From positions 715 to 64,714 of the forward strand of contig JAQUPS010000003.1 of the NCBI GenBank assembly GCA_028716485.1: a stretch of 64,000 bases of DNA. Direction: 5' to 3'. A program made the position numbers and the translations under genes. Shown here piece by piece: positions 56,581-64,000 of this stretch (the stretch's first letter is position 1; each line of letters begins with the position of its first letter). The notes under the pieces were generated by a model, which did not search any database, was not told the DNA's origin, and saw only the letters and a list, made by a program, of their open reading frames with translations. This DNA is from Patescibacteria group bacterium (lineage in GTDB: Bacteria > Patescibacteriota > Patescibacteriia > Patescibacteriales > WJLG01).

Positions 56581-58590
56581 TTAAAACAGAACAAAAAATT
56601 TAGCGCCGTTATTTTCCTCCGATTCAAACCATATTTCTCCGCCCATCTTTTTGACGAACAATTTAACCATATAAAGTCCCAGGCCGGTGCCGGGGATATT
56701 TTTGCTTTTGGCAAAATCGGTCCGGTAAAATTTGGTAAAAATTTTATCTTGCTCATCGCCCGGTATGCCATAGCCGGTATCGGCCACGGTTAAAACACAG
56801 CCGCTTTGGGGCAATTTCCTGTTACCGACCGTTTCGCCGGCTTGATAATTTTTTAATTCAACGGCTATCTTGCCGTTTTCGGGAGTATATTTTATCGCGT
56901 TGGAAATCAAATTATCAACAATCAATTTATATAAGCCGGCGTCGACATTGATGGCGCAAACGCCGCGAGCGAATAATTTTTCAATCGCGATTTTTTTCTT
57001 CTCAATCTGCGCCCTAAATTGTTCGCCTAAAATTTCCTCGATTATCGGAACGACGCTGACCGGAGCCGATTGAACGGGCGCCAATCCGTATTCGATTTTG
57101 GAAACGTTCAAGAAATCCGTGATCAAATCGGAAACTTGCCGGTTGGAGCGATAAATTTCCTCGATAACCGCCCGCTGTTCCGCGTCAAGCTTGCCGGCAT
57201 ATTTTTCCAAAAACATCTCAAGCTGCCAGCTGATAGCCGTCGTGGGCGTGCGCAATTGATGCGAGGCGAAGGAAACGAATTCGCTTTTCGCCTGGTCGAT
57301 TTCCACCTCGCGCGAAATGTCGCGGAAAGCGTCGATGACGCCGGCGATAGCGCCGTTATGAACCACCGGCGTAACCGTGATCGCCACCGGAATCTTATGA
57401 TCACCGGCCGCGTAATAATAAGGATTGCTGACGGAAGAAGTTATTTTTTTCCCGGTGATCAGAGAAATCTGCACCGGCCGGTCTTTTTTCGCCAATGTTT
57501 TGCCGTCTTTATCGTAAATCGCCCAGAGCTTGAAAATAGATTTGCCAATCGCCTGCTCCGACTTAATGCCGAACATTTTTTCCGCTTCCCAATTAAAAAG
57601 TATCACCACTCCTTGCCGATCAGTGGCGACTATTCCTTCCCCGATACTTTCCAAAAGCGCGTCATCCAAGGACTTGGCTCGGCTGACTGTTTGAAGAATT
57701 TTTTCCCGTTCCGCGTCCAAACGCTCGACGGTTAAAGAGAAGCGAATGTTGATAAATTCAAAAATTACGATATTCGCGGCTAAAACAAGGGCGAAACCCA
57801 ATTGAAAATCAAAATATCCGGCATTGGCCAGACAATTTCCCGCCAAAGCCAGCAATATCGGTAAAATCAAAGTCAGCGGAACCAATCGCCGCGCGATTAA
57901 GCCGCCGCCGCTTCGGCTCAAAAAAAGCGCGGTCAGGCCGATATCGGGCCGTAAAAATAAAATTGCCAGCGCCAAAAGCATAAAATTAATGGCGCCATGC
58001 AGAGCCAGCGGACTGAAAAAAATAGCGAGGGTCCGGAAAGAAGAACCGAGCATATAGGCCAAAACCATGAACAAAGAAAAACTTCCGACAGTCAAGACCA
58101 AATATTGCGTCACACTCCGGCCGCGATACTTAAGATCAAGCAGTAAAACAGCCAGCCCGATTAAAATAAAATTAATGGCCGCGATGGGCGGCATCCGGCT
58201 CGGGGGCGTAAAATTTCCCAATTTATCGGCGAAAAAAATTTGATCAACCGGGATATTGATGCCGAAAATATCCAATAATTTAAGCGCCGCCAAGACAATA
58301 ACTAAAAATCCGAGAAAAAAAGAAAACCGCCGGGCAACGGCGGATAATGTAAAGGATGCGGCGCAAACGGCCAGACCGCAAAGGATAAATTCAATCGCGG
58401 CCAGCGGATTCATCGGAGCAAAACCAATATCTACCGCCTGCAATCGGGTTATGTTAAATTGCCAGCCGATTAAGGCCAAAACGCCCACCAGCGCGACAAC
58501 GATACCAAAAATCAAGGCTGCTATTTTCAACCAAAAAACAAAAATCCGCTGCGAATTAAAATTATCACGAACGACTTTTTTACCCCTCAT
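56581..58590 (-). CDS. Sensor histidine kinase with large polytopic N-terminal domain, PAS domain, HisKA and HATPase_c
   Basis: At least 8 TMs by eye, a PAS-like segment, the H-box FVSFASHQLRTPTTAI, and N/G boxes (NAIKYTP, DTGYGIP, GTGLGL). Confidence 0.85.
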   Translation of the reverse strand: MRGKKVVRDNFNSQRIFVFWLKIAALIFGIVVALVGVLALIGWQFNITRLQAVDIGFAPMNPLAAIEFILCGLAVCAASFTLSAVARRFSFFLGFLVIVLAALKLLDIFGINIPVDQIFFADKLGNFTPPSRMPPIAAINFILIGLAVLLLDLKYRGRSVTQYLVLTVGSFSLFMVLAYMLGSSFRTLAIFFSPLALHGAINFMLLALAILFLRPDIGLTALFLSRSGGGLIARRLVPLTLILPILLALAGNCLANAGYFDFQLGFALVLAANIVIFEFINIRFSLTVERLDAEREKILQTVSRAKSLDDALLESIGEGIVATDRQGVVILFNWEAEKMFGIKSEQAIGKSIFKLWAIYDKDGKTLAKKDRPVQISLITGKKITSSVSNPYYYAAGDHKIPVAITVTPVVHNGAIAGVIDAFRDISREVEIDQAKSEFVSFASHQLRTPTTAISWQLEMFLEKYAGKLDAEQRAVIEEIYRSNRQVSDLITDFLNVSKIEYGLAPVQSAPVSVVPIIEEILGEQFRAQIEKKKIAIEKLFARGVCAINVDAGLYKLIVDNLISNAIKYTPENGKIAVELKNYQAGETVGNRKLPQSGCVLTVADTGYGIPGDEQDKIFTKFYRTDFAKSKNIPGTGLGLYMVKLFVKKMGGEIWFESEENNGAKFFVLF

Positions 58591-58607
58591 AAATTGTCGG
58601 CATTAAA

Positions 58608-59021
58608 TCAATATAATCCGTGCCGATGGAAACACTCGGTATATTCCTTATCAGTGTTGTTAATGTGCCAAACCCACCAGCCGTTCATAAAATCGGATAA
58701 CTCATAAAGCGTTTCCTTGGCCAGCCCGGCTTTATTTTTTACTCTGAATTCCTCGACCCGGCGGCGATAATCATCATGAGCTTCAATATGACTGTCGGCT
58801 TTATCATAATCAAATTCCCGGAAATATATTTCCTCGGTGGAAAAATGCGTGTCGGCATACTCATGCAAATCTTTTAAAATTTGCTCAACGGCGGAATTTT
58901 CAATCTGATTATCCGAAATCATCTTGTAAATCCGGTTGAGGATCTCGATGATTCTTTTATGCTGGTCGTCAATTTCCTTGACGCCTACTGAAAAATTTTC
59001 TTCCCATTTGATAATCGGCAT
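58608..59021 (-). CDS. Bacteriohemerythrin-like protein
   Basis: IKWEENFSVGVKEIDDQHKRI..., with H...E and H....H....D ligand spacing typical of hemerythrin. Confidence 0.8.
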   Translation of the reverse strand: MPIIKWEENFSVGVKEIDDQHKRIIEILNRIYKMISDNQIENSAVEQILKDLHEYADTHFSTEEIYFREFDYDKADSHIEAHDDYRRRVEEFRVKNKAGLAKETLYELSDFMNGWWVWHINNTDKEYTECFHRHGLY

Positions 59022-59061
59022 ATGTTTTTACTGATAAAGATTAATTGGCGCTGATAACCAG

Positions 59062-59448
59062 TTATCCGCTGCTTATTCTTCTTTTTTTCTTCCAATTAGC
59101 GATGAATAAAATTCCAATCAGAAATGCCGGTCCGGCAACCGTCAGAGACCAAGACAGCATATACCACGCGAATTGATTAGCGATCGCGCTAATCAATATC
59201 ATTGCAATGTATAAAATCCCGGCGAGAATAAAAACAACTCCGCCAACTATCTCATGTTTCCAGGAAATCAACGCGACAACCAGCAAAATCAGCGCCGGAA
59301 TATTATGCATTAATAGCGCCAGCATTGTTTGCCAAAAACTTAATTTTGATTCAAACACATCCAGCGACATCAGCAATAAAAATCCGACGAATATCAGCGA
59401 TAATATTCTCGGCGTCCAATAGGCGAATTTACCGATATTCTTTTCCAT
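59062..59448 (-). CDS. Hypothetical integral membrane protein (4 TM)
   Basis: 128-aa hydrophobic ORF, first gene of the hemerythrin-kinase string. Confidence 0.5.
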   Translation of the reverse strand: MEKNIGKFAYWTPRILSLIFVGFLLLMSLDVFESKLSFWQTMLALLMHNIPALILLVVALISWKHEIVGGVVFILAGILYIAMILISAIANQFAWYMLSWSLTVAGPAFLIGILFIANWKKKRRISSG

Positions 59449-59505
59449 ATGCTCTATTTTATCATAAAACCCGCTTCTTGTGAAAAAAAATTGGTTCGAA
59501 TCCCG

Positions 59506-60246
59506 CTACTTCAGAGTCCAGCCGCCATCAATGATAATCGCCTGTCCGGTAATGTAGCTGGATTTATCCGAGGCCAAAAAAACAACTCCTTGGGCGATAT
59601 CATCGGGCGTGCCCATTCGATTCAAAGGGATGGCCGCGATGGTTTGTTTTTTAGCCTCCTCATTCAACCCTTGGCCGGCGCCCGGAGTTTCAATCGCTCC
59701 CGGAGCAATGGCATTAACGGTAATTTGCCGGCTGGCCAGTTCTAAAGCCAGCGCTCGAATCATTCCGTTTATCCCGCCTTTGGAAGCGCAATAATGGACT
59801 AAGCCGGCGAAACCGACAAAAGCGGCAATGGAAGAAATGTTGATAATCCGGCCGCCGGCTTTCATTGCCCTGGCGGCGGCTTGCGAGCCGAGAAAAACGC
59901 TTTTCAAATTAACGGCTAAAACTTTATCCCAATCTTCTTCGGTCATGTCGGCAAAGGGCGTGAAAGGATAGATTCCGGCATTATTGACCATAATATCCAA
60001 GCCGCCGAACTCTTTGACAGTCTCGCTAATCAGATTATCCATCTCCGCCTTTTTTGAAACGTCGCATCTGATCGCCAAGCCCTTAGCGCCTGTTTTTTCA
60101 ATTTCGGCCACCACTTTTTGGCAATCGGCCTGATCGATATCGCTAACCGCGACATGGCAGCCCTCTCGAGCCAGAGCCAAGGCAATCCCCTTGCCAATGC
60201 CTTGGCGGGCGCCGGTGACAATCGCGATTTTATCTTTGAGCATCAT
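59506..60246 (-). CDS. Short-chain dehydrogenase/reductase (FabG/glucose-1-dehydrogenase-like)
   Basis: TGARQGIGKGIA (TGxxxGIG), NNAG, YCASK. Confidence 0.9.
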   Translation of the reverse strand: MMLKDKIAIVTGARQGIGKGIALALAREGCHVAVSDIDQADCQKVVAEIEKTGAKGLAIRCDVSKKAEMDNLISETVKEFGGLDIMVNNAGIYPFTPFADMTEEDWDKVLAVNLKSVFLGSQAAARAMKAGGRIINISSIAAFVGFAGLVHYCASKGGINGMIRALALELASRQITVNAIAPGAIETPGAGQGLNEEAKKQTIAAIPLNRMGTPDDIAQGVVFLASDKSSYITGQAIIIDGGWTLK

Positions 60247-60400
60247 AAATTTATAATTAAAAATTATATCCGCATTATAACATATAAAACGAAAAAATAC
60301 TCCCGGCTTCTCTAAGCAAACCCGGGGAAATCAAGACAACTTTCCAGCCGCATTCATGCTTTTTTAAATTTTGCCTTCCAACCATTCCCTTCGGCAAATT

Positions 60401-61789
60401 TTATCTGATGGCGCCGCTATAAGCAATGGCGCGGACAATATTCCAGTCGAGCGCCAGCGCCGGATTTTTGCCGTAGATATTTTTATAAATTATGATCGCT
60501 TGCTTTTCCGAATTGATATTCCTTCGCGCCGGCCTTAATCCGTAAGCGATAACGGTGACGGCGGCGTTATCCTTCGCGTTGTTCATATCCGGATTTCTTA
60601 AATATATTTTTTTGAATATTCCATTTTTGGCTTGCGCTTCAGCCGCGGCGCTCCTTTGCGCCGGCCAGCGCCCATTGCCGATTTTTATCACGTCTTGCCA
60701 ATCAGCAGCGGTTTGCGGCAGGCGCGAAAAAGCCGCGGCGAACGAACTTACCACGCCGCCTCGCTCGCCCGCGCCGAGAACCTGGGTGGTTTTCGTGCCA
60801 TTTTGGATGAAATAACTTATCCTTGCCTGATTTTCAGCGCTGATTGCCGCCGCGCCGGCGCTGATAATTTTGTCATAAATATTTTTAGCCGCCACGGACA
60901 AGGAAATTGTTTTAGTTTGAGAAAATACCTCGCCAGCCTCCGCCGAAGAAATTTTTTCAATCATATCTTTATCAGCGGCGGGAATAATTTCAGCTTCCGG
61001 TTTGGCCGGAGTTGAAACAGCCGATCCGATGCGCTCCGTCGAGATTATGAAATTATCATAATAACGGCTCTGGACTTTGGGCGAACCGCCGTTCCAATAA
61101 GTATCCAGCATGGCCTCGTTCCATTTATAATCGGTATTGCCGCGCAGATCAACGCCGATTCTTTCGATGACTAATTTATTATCAATCCAGAGGCGATAGA
61201 GGCCGTCTTTTTTGCCCGGAGTATTGAGTTTAACTTCCATTTCAAAATTTACCCAGCGGCCGATATTGGCCGGATCGGCAAAACTGAAACCCGAGCGGGC
61301 GATGGCCAGCCAGCCAGTACTATTCGCCTGCGAGCTGTCAGGCGCTACCACATCAAGCGCGACCTCGCCGTTAGTTTCTATCCAAGTATGAACGGCGAAT
61401 CTGGTCTGCCAGGCATTCGGTCCGCTGCGCGGGCGATAGCGGATGCGCGCCATCTTCGGCGGAAATCCCTGAAAACCCGATTCAAATTTATGCGCCCAGC
61501 TCATAAAAACATGGTCGGGAAATCCGCTGTTATCGACGCGAACCACCCAGCCGGCGTCAACCTGCCCCTGGCTGTATGTCTGCCTAAGCGAATACTTGCC
61601 GCTCAAAGCATCGGCAGAGCTTACCGACATGCCGTTAGTGCTGACGTCCTGGTATTTTTCACTCAAAGTTTTTCCATCATCAAAATTATCGCTCCAAAGA
61701 TAACTCGCGGCGGCATCGGCCGGCCGGCCAAAAATAATAGTCCCTAAGATTAAAAAGGCTAAAATTAAAATTATTTGTTGCTTTTTCAT
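60401..61789 (-). CDS. Secreted protein: lectin/polysaccharide-lyase-like beta-sandwich N-domain plus the shared C-terminal module
   Basis: The start is moved to the ATG at 61789 (MKKQQIILILAFLILGTIIFGRPADA signal peptide); the track's 45-aa extension has no support. The C-terminus GAGERGGVVSSF...NGRWP...WNIVRAIAYSGAIR parallels 44961..45420. The N-domain assignment is tentative. Confidence 0.6.
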   Translation of the reverse strand: MKKQQIILILAFLILGTIIFGRPADAAASYLWSDNFDDGKTLSEKYQDVSTNGMSVSSADALSGKYSLRQTYSQGQVDAGWVVRVDNSGFPDHVFMSWAHKFESGFQGFPPKMARIRYRPRSGPNAWQTRFAVHTWIETNGEVALDVVAPDSSQANSTGWLAIARSGFSFADPANIGRWVNFEMEVKLNTPGKKDGLYRLWIDNKLVIERIGVDLRGNTDYKWNEAMLDTYWNGGSPKVQSRYYDNFIISTERIGSAVSTPAKPEAEIIPAADKDMIEKISSAEAGEVFSQTKTISLSVAAKNIYDKIISAGAAAISAENQARISYFIQNGTKTTQVLGAGERGGVVSSFAAAFSRLPQTAADWQDVIKIGNGRWPAQRSAAAEAQAKNGIFKKIYLRNPDMNNAKDNAAVTVIAYGLRPARRNINSEKQAIIIYKNIYGKNPALALDWNIVRAIAYSGAIR

Positions 61790-61914
61790 AAAGCAATAGT
61801 TTAACGCCTTTATTATACCACAAACAAAAATCGGAAAAATTCTCAACTCGGCGGGGCGTAAACCTATAATAATTCCGCCTCCGCCAAACCGATTGCCGGC
61901 AAGCTGAACGCAGA

Positions 61915-61939
61915 CCAAAAACACCGCGTGAGACGGTGT
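61915..61939 (-). terminator. Rho-independent terminator-like hairpin
   Basis: Minus strand reads ACACCG-TCTCACG-CGGTGT followed by TTTTGG. Confidence 0.5.
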
Positions 61940-61956
61940 TGTTGAACGGAAAAAAT

Positions 61957-62076
61957 TTATTTCTTTTTCTTGGCCGCTTTCTTTTCCAGCATCAAGCGCT
62001 TGATTTCCAGCCGCTTTTTGGTTTTATGAGAATGTGATTTTTTTCTGGTGCCGATTGCGTTTAGTCTTGTCGCCAT
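61957..62076 (-). CDS. Small highly basic ORF (39 aa)
   Basis: MATRLNAIGTRKKSHSHKTKKRLEIKRLMLEKKAAKKKK is not in the track. It is followed by a terminator-like hairpin. There is no clear SD, and I could not match it to a ribosomal protein family. Confidence 0.35.
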   Translation of the reverse strand: MATRLNAIGTRKKSHSHKTKKRLEIKRLMLEKKAAKKKK

Positions 62077-62150
62077 ATGAAAAATTTTAGTGAATAATCA
62101 TCAGCTTAACATCTTGCGCGAATATTATCAAGCCGCGTAAAGTGAAAAAA

Positions 62151-62381
62151 TCAACATCCGGCCTTTCTTTCCAGCCTTTCCAGCTCTTGCCGGATAATTT
62201 TCAAATGTTTTTCAGTTTCCTGATTAAGCTTGCCAAGAACTTCATTCAAGCTCTTGTCTGTTGATTGAAAAAAATCAAAACATTTTTTTTCCAAAATCGA
62301 CTGCTCAATCCGCAAGGCGGTATTTATGGCGTCAAAATTGGAAATATCCCCGCTTTCCGCCTTTTCAATTTCTTCTTTCAC
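62151..62381 (-). CDS. Hypothetical helical protein
   Basis: 76-aa ORF with no firm motif. Confidence 0.4.
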   Translation of the reverse strand: MKEEIEKAESGDISNFDAINTALRIEQSILEKKCFDFFQSTDKSLNEVLGKLNQETEKHLKIIRQELERLERKAGC

Positions 62382-62429
62382 AAAACAGATAATATAAGCA
62401 TTGTAGCGTATCTGATTATTAAAACAATT

Positions 62430-63224
62430 TTATTTAATGCTGAATGTAGCATCGCTCATGTCATAGACATTATTGTGATCGCTGTCTTCTATGGTAACAA
62501 GGTATTTATCAGAAACGGGCAAATCTGTCACGCCCAATACTTCCGCGTATAGGTTTTGCACGGTCCATTCATAGCTGCCGGTGTTCGGAACATTGGAAAC
62601 GATGGCGGCATTAAAATTTTGGCTGTCCGGGTTTCCCGAAATTGCCAGCCTGATATTTACGGATTTTATATCTTTAGCCGCGTTCCACGATATCTGGACT
62701 GCTTGGCCTTTTGACCAGATTTCTCCGCCGTTCGGTGAAATAACTTTTATGCCTTCCTTAACGGGCACAATGCATCCCAGATAGTCTTTTTCAGCATTAT
62801 TTTCCAACACCAGCGCGCCATCCCCTTTGCTCCAAAAGACAAATGATTCGTCGCTGTTGGCGTATCGTGATCCGTCGGCGGAAATGGTTTGGGACAGATC
62901 AAGCGTCCGTCCATCGCTTAAAACAATTTTTACGCTTCCCGTAGGGATAGGCGGTTCACCCGGCTTTACCGGTATTGATTCCCCTTTATAGAAAGAGGCA
63001 TCAATCGTTTTGCCTTTGTTGCAAACGTAAGCGGCTTGAGCGATAAGAGATGAGGGCGAAGATGATGAAGATGGCGAAGGCGTATAAACAGAAGCGGAAG
63101 TAGCAGCGGGCGCCGAAGCAGGCGGAGAGTTATAAGAATTTATTTTAGCTCCTCCGGATAAACTGCAGCCGCTAAAGATTAACATCACCGCCAAAACCAA
63201 AGATAAACTGATAATTTTTTTCAT
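62430..63224 (-). CDS. Lipoprotein with MliC-like (C-type lysozyme inhibitor) domain and C-terminal Ig-like module
   Basis: Lipobox LIFSGC. YVCNKGKTIDASFY...VLSDGRTLDLSQTISADGSRYANSDESFVFWSKGDGALV fits the MliC pattern. The C-terminal IKVISPNGGEIWSKGQAVQISWN...GSYEWTV resembles the N-terminal module of 6410..9244. Confidence 0.65.
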   Translation of the reverse strand: MKKIISLSLVLAVMLIFSGCSLSGGAKINSYNSPPASAPAATSASVYTPSPSSSSSPSSLIAQAAYVCNKGKTIDASFYKGESIPVKPGEPPIPTGSVKIVLSDGRTLDLSQTISADGSRYANSDESFVFWSKGDGALVLENNAEKDYLGCIVPVKEGIKVISPNGGEIWSKGQAVQISWNAAKDIKSVNIRLAISGNPDSQNFNAAIVSNVPNTGSYEWTVQNLYAEVLGVTDLPVSDKYLVTIEDSDHNNVYDMSDATFSIK

Positions 63225-63252
63225 AATTTCGTTTTAATGCCTACTTAAATAT

Positions 63253-63543
63253 TTAATCATTAATAAATAAGCTGTGTAAAGGAATAAAAATAATGACAAG
63301 CAATCCTATGGCGACTGATACATAAACAAGAACGGACCGTTCTTTATTTTTTATTATAGTTATTATACCTAAAATAAAAGCAATGATACTGGCAAGAAAT
63401 GTAATCGGGACAGTCACGTCCCACCAGTGATCATTATAAGAAAGCAGGTCGAGCTCGTTAACTAAAATAATAGAAATAGCAATTACTATCAAGAAAAAAG
63501 CGTTGAGCCATACAGACCATTTGCCTAAAATAGTTTTTGGCAT
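63253..63543 (-). CDS. Hypothetical small membrane protein (3 TM)
   Basis: 96-aa hydrophobic ORF with no motif. Confidence 0.45.
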   Translation of the reverse strand: MPKTILGKWSVWLNAFFLIVIAISIILVNELDLLSYNDHWWDVTVPITFLASIIAFILGIITIIKNKERSVLVYVSVAIGLLVIIFIPLHSLFIND

Positions 63544-63611
63544 AAAATATAATCTTATAAGTTTATATTATACCAAAAAAGCCTATTTGGCTATTTTTAA
63601 GAGCTCCCGGG

Positions 63612-63725
63612 GTCGGCGCTCCGCTATTCGAACTCTTTGGAAGGGGCTTCCGCCCCTTCCAATACCATCCCCCGAAAACAGCGGGAACCTCTCGGTTCCC
63701 CAACCCCTCCCCGTTCGAATCCGAC
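63612..63725. repeat. GC-rich multi-hairpin element (outer stem enclosing two perfect hairpins)
   Basis: Outer pairing is GTCGG..ATTCGAAC / GTTCGAAT-CCGAC. Inner hairpins are TTGGAAGGGGC-TTCC-GCCCCTTCCAA (63637..63662) and GGGAACC-TCTC-GGTTCCC (63683..63700). It contains the family-B-like AACCCCTCCCCGTTCG. Confidence 0.5.
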
Positions 63726-63738
63726 TTCGGAAAATTAT

Positions 63739-63778
63739 CAAACTAAAAAGACTGGTTGATACCAGTCTTTTTAGTTTG
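63739..63778. terminator. Perfect 18-bp hairpin, bidirectional terminator-like
   Basis: CAAACTAAAAAGACTGGT-TGAT-ACCAGTCTTTTTAGTTTG. Confidence 0.55.
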
Positions 63779-63868
63779 ATGCTCGCCAAAAAAAATTTCA
63801 GCGAACTTTTGAAATCGTCTTACCGAATTTAATCCACAAAGCGAGGACTTGCCTGCCTAAAAAGCAGA

Positions 63869-64000
63869 CCGTCCGGCCAAAGGCCGGACGGAAGAAAATT
63901 TAGCGGCCAATCAAGGGGGCAAAGCCCCCTTGAACCCCCAAAAAAGAGGGCGGGCAAAAAGGAAGGGGTTGGGGGGAAGGAATTTTTGCCCGCCCTCTTT
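63869..64000. repeat. Tandem GC-rich hairpins with AAA triloops, running to window end
   Basis: CCGTCCGGCC-AAA-GGCCGGACGG, CAAGGGGGC-AAA-GCCCCCTTG, and AAAGAGGGCGGGCAAAAA...TTTTTGCCCGCCCTCTTT (the last arm ends at nt 64000). Confidence 0.6.

Noticed and set aside
57070-57735. Long ORFs on the strand opposite to, or overlapping, well-supported genes. Examples: 57070..57735 within the kinase, and 2010..2453, 10489..10941, 16119..16661, 17970..18524, 26143..26622, 34938..35447 and 55513..55980.
   Set aside because: In each case the other strand encodes a protein with clear family motifs. These ORFs are Arg/Ser/Pro-rich shadow frames without motifs, RBS or independent signals.
60401-61924. The 45-aa N-terminal extension of the secreted protein (track start 61924).
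   Set aside because: The extension (MFLVCVQLAGNRFGGGG...) reads through a terminator-like hairpin region. The internal ATG at 61789 begins a textbook signal peptide.
63711-63725. GTTCGAATCC word suggesting a tRNA T-arm.
   Set aside because: The flanking bases (CCCCG / CCGAC) cannot form a T-stem, and no cloverleaf can be drawn. The word is part of the outer stem of a GC-rich repeat.
63544-63735. The GC-rich multi-hairpin element upstream of the 96-aa membrane protein, as a riboswitch.
   Set aside because: It has no resemblance to riboswitch cores I know (fluoride, guanidine and others). The downstream protein is not a recognisable transporter family, and the sequence shares words with the dispersed family-B repeats.

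Overview
This is a 64-kb, gene-dense bacterial window using the standard genetic code, with TGA as a stop (for example corA, 13589..13591). I call about 60 CDS, mostly on the minus strand, and one tRNA-Gln. I found no rRNA, CRISPR array, transposase, integrase or phage genes. Gene content: housekeeping genes (dnaX, cysS, greA, dus, a pseudouridine synthase, an ABC-F ATPase), glycolysis genes (gap, gpmA), a minimal [FeFe]-hydrogenase cluster, two P-type ATPases, an ABC-2 exporter, envelope glycosylation genes, and many large secreted or surface proteins. This content, the few biosynthetic genes and the 'GKILLQVQS.G.AWYV' repeat proteins suggest an uncultivated small-genome bacterium of the CPR/Patescibacteria (Parcubacteria-like) type; that is inference from memory of such genomes, not a search result. 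The most unusual signal is not a gene cluster but repeat biology. Several families of short hairpin-forming repeats fill the intergenic spacers. GC-rich members of these families also sit in-frame and stop-free inside conserved enzymes (Dus, U32 peptidase, HydA) and inside an acidic protein, much as Rickettsia palindromic elements do. A roughly 190-bp double-hairpin MITE-like element (termini TTTTGTCATCCTGAG...CGAAGGATCT) occurs at least 6 times and often makes up the whole spacer between genes. Other points: decayed relics of both msrA and msrB; a tRNA 3'-fragment beside a much more AT-rich kamA-like gene at the window edge; a shared C-terminal module on two secreted proteins; an orphan VirD4/TraD-like ATPase coupled to a giant surface protein; a P1B ATPase with CAD in place of CPC; and a frameshift-prone heptamer tract in a membrane-protein gene. 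All functional calls come from reading motifs by eye, and no database search was possible.
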